A stretch of DNA of 64,000 nt from contig JABVCE010000003.1 of the NCBI GenBank assembly GCA_014905635.1, positions 1,116,001-1,180,000 on the forward strand. The letters run 5' to 3'. Source of the stretch: Scenedesmus sp. PABB004. Taxonomy: Eukaryota. The translations under genes and the position numbers were made by a program. Position 1 is the first letter of the stretch, and every line of letters begins with the position of its first letter. This document shows, piece after piece, positions 1 to 12,152 of the stretch. Below the pieces are notes generated by a model. That model ran no database searches and had not been told where the DNA came from. It was given only the letters and a program-made list of their open reading frames with translations.

Positions 1-421
1 CGAGACCGCGCGCAGCAGCGACGGCCACTGCGCGGCGGCGGCGGCGGCGCGCGGGTGAGGGGCGGCGGCGCGCGGGCGAGGGGCAGCTCGCGTGCCGCTG
101 GCGCGCGCTGCCGCGGTCTGCCGCCCCCCAGCGGCGCGCGGCCGCTGCCGGCGTCGCCGCCGCGGGCGCCGCGCTCTCTCTCACCCCGGGCACGGGGAAC
201 TGGAACGTGTCCTCCCGCCGCGCGTTGCGCACGAGGTCGATGAGGTCATAGTGCTTCGCCTCGTCCCGCGCGACGCCCTTGACGTGGCGCCACGTCTCGG
301 ACAGCTTTTCGTCGCCGTCGGCGGCGCCGCCCAGCCGGCCCCCGCCCAGCGGCGCCGGGCGGACCTGATCGGGCCGCCCCAGCGTTAGCTCGTGCTGCCA
401 GAGCGGCGGCGGGGCCGCCAT
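1..421 (-). CDS. 5' end of a gene running off the window, possibly nucleoporin Nup155/Nup170-like
   Basis: ATG at 421 opens MAAPPPLWQHELTLGRP...KLSETWRHVKGVARDEAKHYDLIDLVRNARREDTFQFPVPG, followed by a GTGAGA donor (~183) and a second exon WPSLLRAVS at the window edge. The spacing resembles Nup155 N-termini as I recall them; weak family call. Confidence 0.45.
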   Translation of the reverse strand, partial: MAAPPPLWQHELTLGRPDQVRPAPLGGGRLGGAADGDEKLSETWRHVKGVARDEAKHYDLIDLVRNARREDTFQFPVPGVRESAAPAAATPAAAARRWGAADRGSARQRHASCPSPARRRPSPARRRRRRAVAVAAARGL

Positions 422-927
422 CGTGGCTGGGCTGCTGCCGCCGGCCGCTGCTGCTGCTGCTGTGATGGCCGGCGCCTCCCGGCGTGCGCGGGCGCCTAGG
501 TCTGCAGCTGGCGCGCCATGCGCGATGGAACTGCGGTGATCAGCACCCAGGCAGCAGGCGCGGACGGCAGGTGCGCCTGGGCGCGCGCCCGGTGCCGGTG
601 AACGCTTGAACTCACGCGCGCGTGCTGCCAGAGGCACGGGGCGAGGCCTTGGCGCCGCGGCGATCGTCAAGGGAGGGAGGAAATAGGACGCCGGGCCCCT
701 GGGCTGGCAGCGGCGCTGCCTGAACCGCAGGCTGCAGCAGAACATGCGCGGTCGAGGCCCGAACTCGCTCGTCTCCCGCCCGCACTCCCAGCGCGCTCCC
801 GCCCTGGCCGGCACGCACACGCCCCGCCCAGCCAGCACGCCCCCGCACGGCCCGGCGCGCAACCGCCGCCGCGCGCGCGTGCCCGCTGCTTCCGCCGCGC
901 GGCGCGCAACCGCCGCCGCGGGCCGAC

Positions 928-3325
928 ATGCGGCCCGCGGAGCACGACCCGCTGCAGTTCGGGGGTGAAGGCCTGGAGGAGCAGTCGCTGGTGGGCCACG
1001 CGCTGCCTGCGGCCCGTGCGCGGCGCGCGAGCGCAGCGACTGATGCGCCGCCGCCGCCCTCACACAACGCAGGACGACGACGCGCCGCCGTCGTACGGTG
1101 CTGCCGCAGAGGAGCAGCAGCACCAGACGCCGCCGCCCCCCGACCCGCTGGCGCCCGCCGCGCAGCAGCAGAGCTGGCAGCACTACCCGGCGCCGCCAGC
1201 GCCCGACGCGGACGCGGCGGCGCAGCAGGCGCCGGCGCGCTACCCGGCCGTGCCCATGCCCGCCGCGCCGACGGCCGCCAGCCCCACCGCGAGCACCGCG
1301 AGCGGCGGCGCGAGCCCGCCGCCGCCCGCCGCGGCGCGCGCGGCGCTCGCGGCGGCCGGCAGCCCGCCGCCGGTGGGCAACCCGGCGCTGCGCATCGCGG
1401 TGCACAACCCGCTGAAGCACCACGGCCCCTCTGCCATCCCGGGTGGGTGCGCGGCAGGCCCCGCGCGCCCGCCGCGCGCGCGCGCGCGGCCCGCGGCGCC
1501 CGCCGGCACGCTCGCCGGAGCACGGCGCCCACCGGCGCGGCGCGCCGACGCGTCGCGCGCCCGCCCACGCGCCGGCGCGCAGGGCTGGAGGAGTCATACA
1601 CCAGCTACGAGGTGGTCAGCGTCACGACGCTGCCCCACTTCAGCGGCGGCCGCCACGCGGTGCGGCGGCGGTTCAAGGACTTTGTGTCGCTCTCAAACCT
1701 CCTCCCGCGCCTGCTGCACGGCAGGTGCGACGCGCCGAGCACCGCAGGGCACGGCCGCCCGCCCAGCCCGCGCGCTCAGCCTGGGCCCAGCGGCCGCCCA
1801 CACGCGCGCGCGCCGCCGCCGCCCCGCCGCAGCCTGCTGCCCGCGCGACCGGCCAAGAACCTGGTCGAGGGCCACTGGCGCATGACCGACGCGTTTGTGG
1901 AGGCGCGGCGCGCCGCGCTCGAGCGCTACCTCAACCGACTCACTGCGCACCCGCACGCGTCGCGCAGCGAGGTGACGCACCGCGGCGGCGGCGTGGCGGC
2001 GGCGGCGACGCGGCGGCGGCGGCGCCCCGCCGCCGCGCCGCCGCCGCCGCCTGAAGGCCCCGCGCCGCCCGCGCCGCTCGCGCCGCGCGCGCAGGCGCTG
2101 CGCGTGTTCCTCGAGGCGGACGGCGCGCTGCGGTCGAGCCCCGAGTGGCGCGCGCTCAAGCCGAGCGCGCTCACGCCGGTGCAGGCGACCAACCGCCTGC
2201 TGCGCACACTCGTGGGCGCGCGCAAGACGGCGCCGAGCCCGAGCGAGGTCGTGCAGCCCGCCGCGGCGACACGGGACGTGTACCGCCTGCTGCACGAGAA
2301 CGTGGCGCAGCTGCGCGGCAGCTTCAAGCACGTGCCGCTCAGCCCCGAGGAGGTCGCGCTGCGCGACGAGACGGTGCTCGTGACGGACGGCGCCGCCGCG
2401 CTGCACGTCGCGCTGCACCGCGCCGAGGCCTGGGCGCGCGCGGGCACGCGCCGCGCGGGCCTGCTGAGCGAGGCCGCCGCGGCGCTCGGCGCGCTGAGCA
2501 GCTTTGAGGCGAGCTACGCCGAGTGCGTGCAGCCGGGCGTCGTGGCCGGGCTCGGCGTGACGGGCCAGGCGCTGCAGGCGGCGGCGAAGGCCGCGGGCGA
2601 CGCCGCGGGGCGCGGGGGCGCGCTGCTGCAGCCGCTGCGCGACCACCACGCCGCGTCGCCCGGCCTGCTCGGCACGCTGCACGCGCGCGAGCGCCAGCTG
2701 CTCACCGTTCATACCCTCAAGCAGGACCTCGCGGCGCGGCAGGCCCAGCTCGCGGCGGCGCAGCTCATGCCCGCGTCGCAGGCCAAAAAGGTGCGCGGGG
2801 TGCGCGGCGCACGCGCGCGCGCGCGCGCGCGCGCGGCGCCGGCCCGCGCCCGCGGCGCGCGCCCTGCCGGTGCGTGCGGCGCCCAGAGTCGCCGGGGGGG
2901 GGGCCGCGCCGCGCGCGCCGTGCGCCGCAGCTCGACCAGCTGCGCACGGCGGTCGGGCAGCTTGAGGTCAGCGTCGCGGCGGCCGAGGCCGAGTACCGGC
3001 GGCAGCTGACCCGAAACGCGGAGGAGCTGGTGGCGCTGCGGGGCGCGCGCGGCGCGGAGCTGGCCGCCATGGTGGTGCGTGCCGCGCGGCGCCGCGTGGC
3101 GTGACTGCGCCCGCGCGCAGCGGCCGCCCGCGGCGTCAGCGCCCGCGACCGACGCCGCACCGCCGCCGCGCCGCCGCCGCGCAGGCTGCGCTGGTCAGCA
3201 GCGAGCTGCGGCACGAGCAGGCGGCGGCGGCGGTGTGGCAGGCGCTGGCGCGGGACCTGCCGCAGCCGGGCCTGGTCACGGCGTACCAGGCGCAGCGCGA
3301 CCTGACGCTGCCGCCGCTGGCGTGA
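928..3325 (+). CDS. Sorting nexin (PX-BAR, SNX1/2-like), about 7 exons
   Basis: Spliced PX domain: YTSYEVVSVTT...VRRRFKDFVSLSNLL...LLPARPAKN...FVEARRAALERYLNRLTAHP...LRVFLE, followed by a helical BAR-like region ending AAAVWQALA; TGA at 3323-3325. Confidence 0.88.
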
Positions 3326-3733
3326 GCCGCGCGCGCGCGTCTGCTGGCGGGCTGGCGACGGAGTGGCGGGTGCGGGGGGAGGGCTCTGTTGCACTGAACA
3401 GCAACCCAGCACTCCGCTCGCGATCGCACCGAAATGGGCCGCAGCGCGCGAGGGCGCGCCGTGCGCAAAATCAAAGCCTAGGCAGGAAGCGCATGCAGGG
3501 GTCGGTGTCACATGCGTCGTGTCGCAGCGCAGCATGCGGATGCCGCGCCGGCAAGGGGCGTGCATTGTTGTCGCGTCCCACAGCTTCAGGCCCACACGCA
3601 AAAGCGCCTGCTCAAGCCGCGTCGACGTGCCGCGGCATGCAAGCCCACCAAGATCAGGGTTCCCTCGGCCCGCGCAAGTCGTGCTTTCGCAGCACGCACG
3701 CTGCTCGTTTATTGCGCAGCTCGGGGCCTGCAC

Positions 3734-4287
3734 CTAGGCCCGCTTGCGCCCAAAGTTGCCGGGCCCCGACGCCTGCTCGACGAGGTCAAACAGGTTGCGG
3801 TCGTTCTGCGCGGCCGCCCACGACGTCGCGCTGCCGACGCGGCCGGCGCGGAAGCCGGCGTTGATGTTGGCGCCGCTGTTGACCGCCTCGAGGATGGCCT
3901 GGCTCGTCGCGGCCTGGGCGCGCACGGTGTTGGTGGCCAGCTGGCTGTTGCGCGTGCTGTAGCGCGACCCGCCGCCCAGCGACGAGCCGAGCAGCTTCCT
4001 GCTGCCGGCGGCGCCTGCGCAGGGGCGCAGCGGCGGCGGCGGGTGAGCGGGGGCGGCAGCGGCTGGTGAGCGGGTGAGCGGCGGCGGGTGAGCGGGCGCC
4101 GGCGTGCCAGGGCGCACCGGCCCGAGCAGCAGCGGGCTGTGTTCGCTCGACCGGGCGGCGGGCGGGCGCCCGAGGGCGCCGGGAGGGCAGCCCTTCCAGC
4201 GGCCTGCGGCATCCCCGCACCTGCGCTGGCCTCGACGGCGCACGCGGCGACCAGCAGGCAGCACATGGCGATGCCCGTGGCCTTCAT
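3734..4287 (-). CDS. Small secreted protein / prepropeptide-like (~115 aa, 2 exons)
   Basis: Exon 1 MKATGIAMCCLLVAACAVEASA is a signal peptide. A phase-1 GT-AG intron (~4015-4220) joins it to exon 2 GAAGSRKLLGSS...NDRNLFDLVEQASGPGNFGRKRA*. Codon usage is coding-like. Confidence 0.75.
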
Positions 4288-4777
4288 GGCGACGGTTTGC
4301 GGGCACGGAGCTGCGATGGACGGCTGTGCGCGGCGGCGTCGACCCGGGGCTGACAAGCGGTGGCGGGCGCGGTAGGCGGTGCGCGCTGCTGCTGCGGATG
4401 GCCCGGAGGACGAGAGGGCGCGAGTCGGGGTGTCGGAGCGTGCTGGCGGCGGCTGCTTTTAACCTGTCACGCGGGTCCAACAGAAGAAGCTGATGCACTT
4501 GAGCCCAAAGTGGGCTCTCAAGCGCTGCGCTGGCCCGCCCAATCGCGCAAGCGTGAGATAGGGCCCAGGCAAGACGGACGCAACGCATCTTACCCGAGAT
4601 CGCCACCCCCCACCGCCGCCGCGCGCGGCGTCACCAGCCGCGGGCAGCGCAGAAGCTGGCCTAATCGCGCTGGCCGCCCCGGCATGCAGCCAACGCCCCG
4701 CCCGCTACTTCTTATGTACAGGGATGAATGTACAGGCGCGCCGACAGCAGCCCCGGCTGCCGTCCGTGACGGCGCGC

Positions 4778-5586
4778 TCACTGCAGTCGCGCGTGCGCGA
4801 GCGCCATGTTGAGCTGCGCCGCGCAGTACGCCTGGCCCCCGTCCGCCGCCGCCAGCCCTGGGGCGACAGCGCGTGCCGGGTGTGGCAGCTGCAGGTCAGC
4901 GCGCGGTCGCGCCGCGCCGCGCCGCGCCGCGCGCTGCGGCCGCAGCTTGGTGCGCCGACGGCCGCCGCGCCGCGCACCCGCCGCGTGGCTCGGCAGCATC
5001 TGGCGTTCCCACTCGCACACCGCCTTGGCGTACGCGCCGTGCACGCCCTGGTCGTCGGGCGGCGCCACGCCCGCGCGCGCGCACAGGCCCGCCAGCTGCG
5101 CGGTGTTGGCGTCGAGCGTGCGCCGCGCCGCGTCGACGAGCTCCTGCTTGCACGACAGCAGCGCCTCGCACTCGGCGCGCAGCGCCGGCAGCTCCCTGCG
5201 TGCGGCGCGCGGCGGCGGAGGTGAGGTGGGCCGGCGCGCCGCGCGCGGCGCTCGCTGGCACGCAGCGCCGACACCAGCCCGGGCGCACCGCTGGAGCTTG
5301 CGCAGCCGCTTCGCGACCTCCAGCGGGTTGGCCTGCGGCGCGGCGGCGCGGCGGCGCGGCGGCGCGGCGGCCTGAGCCCTGCGGCCCAGCGGGTCGGGTC
5401 GCTCCGGGGCGGGCGCCGGCGGCGCTGGCGGCCGCCGCGGCGCACCCCGGTGCTGCCGAAGCGCTCGGCAAACTCGTTCTCCAGCCCCCGCGCCACGGCG
5501 TCCAGCGTCGCCGCGCCGCGCTCCAGCGTGCGCAGAAGGTCCTGGCTGGGCGCCACCAGGTCGGAGGCCGTGACGCGGGAGGCCAT
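4778..5586 (-). CDS. SKA2: Spindle and kinetochore-associated protein 2 (SKA2/FAM33A-like), 4 exons
   Basis: LDAVARGLENEFAERF..ANPLEVAKRLRKLQRELPALRAECEALLSCKQELVDAARRTLDAN...CEW...LNMAL matches the plant SKA2 pattern (LExEF...NPxKLxxRxKK...CxELLxxKQDLID). Confidence 0.75.
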
Positions 5587-5906
5587 GGGCGTGGGGCAGG
5601 GGGCCAAAGATGGCGGCGCGCGCCTGCGGGCTTGGGGGCGCCGTGCCGGCGGCCGCGGGCGTGCTCGTCGGCCGGCGGTGTGGTCCGGCGTCCGCGGGGG
5701 TGGACAACACGCGGGCTGTCGGCGGCGCTCGAAGCAGCTCGTCACTTGTGGAGCGTAACACCCCCATCATCTGGCGCCGCACGCCGCGTGCGCACCAATC
5801 CCGGCGTCAGCGCACCTCGTGACCTCGTCCCCGCGGACCGCCGCTCGCTGCCGAGCACCGGCGCCACCGCCCCGCCGCTGATTGCTCGTCCCGCGTGCCC
5901 CACGCC

Positions 5907-8817
5907 ATGCAGATCGCGGCCCAGGCGCACGCTGGCGTCGCCAGCGGCCAGCGCCGCGCCGCCGGCGCCCGCGCGGCGCCGGGGTGCGGCGGCAGCAGCA
6001 GGATGCCCGCGCCCCTGGCGCCCCGCGCGTCGCCCCGCTGCGCCGCCGCGGCGCCGGCGCGCGCATGGGCGGCCCGCTCCGCGCCGGCGCGCGTGACGCG
6101 CCGCCAGGCGCGCGGCGTGGCCGCGGCGGCGGGCGGCGAGGAGCAGGTGCTCGACACGGTCGTCGTCGGCGCCGGCATCAGCGGCCTCGTGACGGCGCAG
6201 GCGCTGCTCACCCGCCACGGCGGCGCGGTGGGGTCCTTCCTGGTCACGGAGGGCCGCGAGCGCGTGGGCGGCAACATCACGAGCATGGCCGGCGACGGCT
6301 ACGTCTGGGAGGAGGGGCCCAACTCGTTCCAGCCCAACGACGCGATGCTGCAGGCCGCGGTGCGCGCGCCCGCCCCGCGCGCCACCGCACTTCCGTCAGC
6401 GCGCTGGCACGCGCGCGGCGCCGGCGCCCGGCCGCCGCCCGCGCCGCGCCCGCGGCGTGCTCACGCTGCGACCCGCTCCTCCGCGCCGGCGACCTGCGGA
6501 CGCTCCGCAGGTCGACGCGGGCGTGGACCGCGACCTGGTCTTTGGCGACCCCACCGCGCCGCGCTTTGTGTTCTGGGACAAGAAGCTGCGCGCGACGCCG
6601 AGCGGGCCCGACGCGCTCACGTTTGACCTGCTCAGCGTGTGGGGCAAGATCCGCGCCGGCCTCGGCGCCGTCGGCCTCGTCAAGGGCGGCCCCATGCCCG
6701 GTGCGTGCACGCGCATGCGCGCGCGCGCGCACACGCGGCCGTGCGGGCGGGCGCGCCCCTCCGCGCCGCCCCGGCCGCGCGGCCCCCGGCCGGCGCCGCG
6801 GGGCGCGCGCCCCGCCGGCGGCCCCGAACCCCGCGCCGCGCCACGCGCTCGCAGAGTACGAGGAGAGCGTGGAGCAGTTCATCCGCCGCAACCTCGGCGA
6901 CGAGGTGCGCCCGCCGCGGGCCCGGACGCCGGCGCGGCGGCGGGCGCGGCCGCGGCCGCAGCGCCCGGCGGGCCCGGCGGGCCGGCGCGCCAGCGCCGAC
7001 GCGCCGACGCGCCCGCCCGCGCCCCGCGTGCGGCGCAGGTGTTTGAGCGCCTCATCGAGCCCTTCTGCTCCGGCGTGTACGCGGGCAACCCCTCCAAGCT
7101 GAGCATGCAGGCGGCGTTCAACAAGGTACCCGGCGCGCGCCGGGGGCCGGAGCCGCCGCCCGGGCGCTGCCGCCGCGGCCGGCGGCTGCCCGCGCGCCCC
7201 GCGCCCACGCGCCTGCGCCGCGTCCGCGCCCGCCGCGACCACGTCGGCCGTCAGATTTGGATCCTTGAGAAGAACGGCGGCAGCCTCATCGGCGGCGCCG
7301 TCAAGCTCTTCCAGGACCGCAAGGCCAACCCGCCGCCGCCGCGCGACGCGCGGCTGCCGCCCAAGCCCAAGGGCCAGACCGTGGGCAGCTTCAACCGCGG
7401 CCTGCGCGTGCTCACCGACGCGATCGGGGAGAAGCTCGGCGGTGCGGCGCCGGCGCCGGCGCGCGGCGCTGCGCGGGGCGTCGAGCCCTGGGCGCGGCGC
7501 CGCGCGGGGGCCGACCCCGGCCCCGGCCCTGACCCGCGCCCGCGCCCGCAGACCGCGTGCGGCTCAACTGGAAGCTCACCGGCCTGTCCAAGACGCCGGA
7601 GGGCTTCATTCGCCTCAGCTACGACACGCCGGCGGGGCCGACGAGCCTCACCGCGCGCAGCGTGGCCATGACCATCCCCGCCTGGGCGCTCGCTGACCTG
7701 CTCAAGGACAGCGCGCCCGCGGCGGCGCAGGTGCGCGACGCGCGGCGACGCGCGCCCCCGCCGCGCCCCGCCGCCGCCGCCCGCCGGCGCGTCGCGCGCC
7801 GCTCCCCCTCCGCGCCCGACCGCCCGCCCACCGCCCCCAACCCCCGCGCCCGCCCGCGCCCCGCCCGCGCCCCGGCCGTCAGGCGCTGGCCAGCTTTGAC
7901 TACCCGCCCGTGGGCGCCGTCACGCTGGCATACCCCACCACCGCCGTGCGCGACGACCGCAAGGCGCCCGACGGCAGCGTGCCGGGCTTCGGCCAGCTCC
8001 ACCCGCGCTCGCAGGTGGGGGCCTGTTGGCGCCGCGCTGCGCCGACGCTGCGCTCGCCGTCGCGCGCCGCGGCCGCCGTGCCGCGCGCCCACGCGCCGCC
8101 GCGCGCGCCCGCCGCGTGCCTCGACGCGCGCGCAGGGCGTGACGACGCTGGGCACCATCTACAGCAGCAGCCTCTTCCCGGGGCGCTGCCCGCCGGGGGA
8201 GATGCTGCTGCTCAACTACATCGGCGGCGCCACCAACCGCGGCGTCAAGGAGGTGACCACCCCCGCCGCGCCCTCCGCGCCCGCCGCGCCCGCCGGGCCC
8301 GCCGCGCGCCGCCGCGCGGGGCAGAGGTCGGGGCGGTGCCGGGTCGCGGGGCCCCGACGCGCGCGCCGCGCCCGCCGCACCGCCGCTGCGGCGCGCCGCG
8401 CGCAGGCGAGCACGGAGGAGCTGGTGGCGCAGGTTGACCGCGACCTGCGGACGATGCTGCTCAAGCCTGACGCCCCGCAGCCGCGCGTCGTGGGCGTGCG
8501 CGTGTGGCCGCGCGCGATCCCGCAGTTCAACGTCGGCCACGGCGAGCTGCTCGCGCAGGCCAAGCAGGTGCGCGCGCGCCGGCGCGCGGGCGCGGGGGCG
8601 CGCGCGGCGCCGAGGCGCGCGACGCCTCTTGACCTGCCCGCGCTGCGCCGCGCAGGGCCTCGCGGCGGCGGGGCTCGAGGGCGTGCGGCTGGGCGGCAAC
8701 TACGTCGCCGGCGTGGCGCTGGGCAAGTGCGTGGAGTATGGGTTTGAGTTTGCGGACGAGGTCACCGGCTACGTCGCGTCGGCCGCGCCCGCGCCCGCGG
8801 CCAAGGTCGCGGCGTGA
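5907..8817 (+). CDS. PPX1: Protoporphyrinogen IX oxidase (HemY-type, plastid), about 10 exons
   Basis: Transit peptide, FAD-binding VVVGAGISGL, VGGNITS..GYVWEEGPNSFQP, IEPFCSGVYAGNPSKLSM, YPPVGAVTLAYP, GFGQLHPRSQG, LLLNYIGGATN, VWPRAIPQFNVGH, LGGNYVAGVALGKCVE. Confidence 0.96.
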
Positions 8818-8908
8818 GGCGGGCGCCGCGGGCGCGCGGGCGGGGGGCGCCGCAGGATGCGTTGGCTGCCAGCCAACGGCTCACCCAATAAGCCGCGGGG
8901 AGGCTCGC

Positions 8909-8913
8909 TGTAA
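8909..8913 (+). terminator. Putative chlorophyte polyadenylation signal TGTAA after PPO
   Basis: TGTAA ~90 nt after the PPO stop; UGUAA is the known chlorophyte near-upstream element. Confidence 0.45.
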
Positions 8914-9375
8914 CCGCCCGTCGTCGACCGCCGGGCGGCCCGTGCGAACGAAGGCGGCGGCGGCTGACCGCGGCCGTGCGGGGCGCGGCCGTGCTGGGGC
9001 TGCCGCACTCGGCCGCCGCTGGCGGCGGCGGCACCGGCGGGCGGCGTGGCGCAGCAGCGCGGCTGCCTCCGGGCGCGCAGCGGCGCGCGCTGCTGCCGGC
9101 GTGCGCGCCGGGCGGCCGCGCCGGCGGCGATCGCGGCGGCGCGCGCGCGGGCGGCACGCGGCCGAGATCCCGAGCGCCGGCCGGGGAGGCTCGCGTTGGA
9201 GACGCCAAGCCTAAGCCCCAGTCGCGGGCTGGACCCAAGCAATCCTCCCGCGCCGCCGGGCGCGCCCGCCAGTTCGGGGTCCCGACCAGCGCTGCCGCCG
9301 ACGATCACGAGTAGAGCCATGGCGTCGCGCTGCTAGGGGGGCCTGCTGCGGAGCAGCCGAGGGGCACGGTGCACC

Positions 9376-10292
9376 ATGTCGCGCGCGGCGGAGCCCATCC
9401 TGCTGCAGCTGCCCTGCCTGGTGGAGCAGGTTCGGCCGGCGCGCGCGCTGGGCGCCGCCGCGGCGCCAACGGCGGGCCCCCGGCGCGACGCGACCCTCGC
9501 ACGCCCCCGCCGCAGTCCATCGTCTACGCCCGCCCCCAGCGCGTGGTGCCGCGCGGACGGGCCTCAGCCAGCCCGGCCGGCGTGTCGGGCCTGACCCAGA
9601 GGTGCGGCGCGCCGCGAGCGGGGCGGGGGGACGCGGCATGCCCCTTGCGCCCGCCCGCCCTCGCGCCCGCGCTCAGGGCCGCCCCGCCGCTTGCGCAGCC
9701 TGTCCTTCACGGCCGTGCCGGGCGCGTCTGAGGCGGAGCTGCTGGACATCATGGCGGTGAGCCGCGCGCCCGCCGGCGTTTGCGGGCCGCTCCCGCGGCG
9801 CCGCGCCAGCCCGAGACCGCGGCACGTGCCCGGCCGTGCGGCCCAAACCGGCGCCCGCCGTGGCCGCCGGCGCGCAGCGGCCGGCGCGCCGCCGCCCCGC
9901 CGCCGGGGCGGGCTCAACAACGCGCCGCCGCCGCTGCATGCCCGCCCCGCCCGCGCGCGCAGAAGCCCGCCTCAGACGGGCCCGCGACGTGCAGCTACCT
10001 GGGCGTCTCGCCGCCAGTGCGGTCTGGCTGCTACGGCGGCGCGGCCAACCCGTGGTCGCACGACCGCAGCTGGAAGTCGCGCGCCTACTCCGCGTCCTCC
10101 ACCAACCTCGCCGCGCTGCGCGAGCTGGACAGCGAGGGCGAGTCGTTCCTGCGCGCCAAGGACTGCGGCCCCGGCGCGGTCGTGCTCGGCGTGCCGGCGC
10201 CGCCGCCGCCGCCGGCGGCGGAGCCGGCGCCGGCGCCCAGCGGCGGCGGCTGCGCGCCATTTGCCTGCCACACGGCCTACTTTCTGGGCTGA
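9376..10292 (+). CDS. Uncharacterised small protein resembling the plant At1g13390/At5g16110-type family, 4 exons
   Basis: Spliced product contains SIVYARPQR, AELLDIM and YLGVSPPVRSG...NPWSHD, paralleling the plant family motifs VCPKPRR, AELLDII and FxGSPPxRxxNPLxxD as I recall them. Confidence 0.6.
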
Positions 10293-12152
10293 CCGCGCGG
10301 CGCGGGCGCCCCGGCGCGCCCCGCGCCGCAAGCATACGTGCGGCGCGGGCGCCGGGGCCCGGCGCGCGCGCGGCGGCGGCGCGCCCCCGAGGACCCTGCG
10401 GCGGCCGGCCGCAGGGGGAGGGGCGCGCCGGCGGCCCGCAGGGCTCTTTTTTTGGCTCCCATCCAGGTGGCGGCGTCTCCTTCTTGCTGTGTGTTTTTGA
10501 GCTGAGCGTGGGGCCCCCGCGGCCTCCCGGCCGGGGGCGGGGCGGCGCCCGGGCGCGTGGCATGCGCGCCCCGGGCGCCTGTGCCATCACATGCCTCCCC
10601 CGCCCACAAAGCGCAGGGCCGCCGCGCGCGCGCGCGCGCGCGCTCGCGCGGCGCGCGCCGCGGCGCGCCAATCAAACCTCGGGCCTGCGGCCCGCCTTTT
10701 TGCCCCCGCAGCAGCTGCCGCTGCCGCTGCTTGCCGCTGCTTGCCGCTGCTGCCGCTGCTGACGCTGACGCTGACTATCGGGGCGCCGCGCGCGCGTGCA
10801 CACCGTGGGCGCGCCGCGCCGCCCCCGTGTACCACCACCAGGGCATGCTGCAGCTCATGCGGGGTGCGCTGTGCTGGGGTTTTGGGCGCAGCGTTTCGGC
10901 GCGTCGATCGATCGGAGAGGCGAGCGCTTTGAATTGCTGCCTTTGCTGCCCGTGTGCAGAGTGGTCTTGCTCGCGGGTGTGTGTGCATTGTGCCGCGCTG
11001 TTAGGTGCCGCCCGGGCGCGCCGCGCGCCCGCGGGGAGCGCGCCGCCGCCTGCGGCGCGGCGCGCGCGCCGCCGCGGGCCCCGTCGCCCCGCGGCGACGG
11101 GCCGCGCGCGCCGCGCGCCGCGCGCCCCGCGCGCCGCGCGCGCCCGCGCGCGCGCGCCACGCGGCGCCCGCCCCGCAGGCAGGCACGGGCACGTGGGGTG
11201 GTGTACCAACACACGCAAGCAAACGTGGGGTTGTGGCGTGTACCGTTTACGTCTCTGCCGCGCGTGGCATCACGCGCGTTCGTGTGTGTGCACGCGCGGA
11301 CGGATCCCCCCGCAGCCCTGGCGGCCCGCCGGGCCGGGGGGCCCGCAGCGGCACCGGCGCGCCGGCGCGGGCGGTGCGGCGCGGCGACTTGCCCGCCGCG
11401 CGCGCACGTGCGCCCGCCGCGCGCGCACGTGCGCCCGCCGCGCGCCGCGCGGCGGGCGCCTCATTCTTGGTGCGGCCGCGGCCGCCGGCGCGCGCCGGGC
11501 GGCGGCGCGCGCACATGCGCGCGCGCGCACGCCCGGGCCCGGCGGGCGGCCTTGCTGTAAAGCAGCCGTGTGTGACGGTCGTGTGTGTGTGTGTGCGCGT
11601 GCGTGCATCATCAGCATCATCGACGGTGCGGGTGTGCGGCGCGCGGGCCGGACCGGGGGCGGGTGCTCGATTGGCGCGCCGCCCCCGCCCGCGCCCGCCG
11701 GGGCGAGCGTGAACGTGTGCGTGCATCTGCTGTGCTCTTGTTTTGTCCCCTAAACCCCTTTTGTCTGCGCGCGGAGCGTAACCGATCCCGCGCCGCCCTA
11801 GGGCACAGGCCTGTGCCCCACCCGCGAGGCAGGCCCCGTTTCAGCAGTCTCTCTCGCGCGCAGACCGGCATCGCCCCGCCCGAGCGCCGCCGCAGCGAGG
11901 GGCGCGGTCCAGCGCCGGCACCGGCGGCGGCAGCGGCAGCGGGGCATCACCGCCGCCCGCGCCCGCGACCCGCGCCCCTGCGGCCACCGGCGCGCTCGCC
12001 CAGGAGCTGTGGCAACGCCCGCATCGCGTGGGCGCAGGCGCAGCAGCGTTTGCCGCGGTGGCGGGCGGGCGCAGCGGCAGCAGCGCCGGCCAAAGCGGGT
12101 GTGAGCGGGCGTCCACCGGCGAGAGCAGAGCGGCCGCTGCGCACGCGTCGCG

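Noticed and set aside
496..519. Short ATG...TAG ORF upstream of the first gene as evidence of stop-codon reassignment
   Set aside because: ATG 421 already gives an open frame, and TAG serves as a normal stop elsewhere (3734, 23428, 57101).
5907..8817. Herbicide-resistance substitutions in PPO
   Set aside because: The motifs I can check (TVGSF, YPPVGAV, LLNYIGG) carry the usual wild-type residues.
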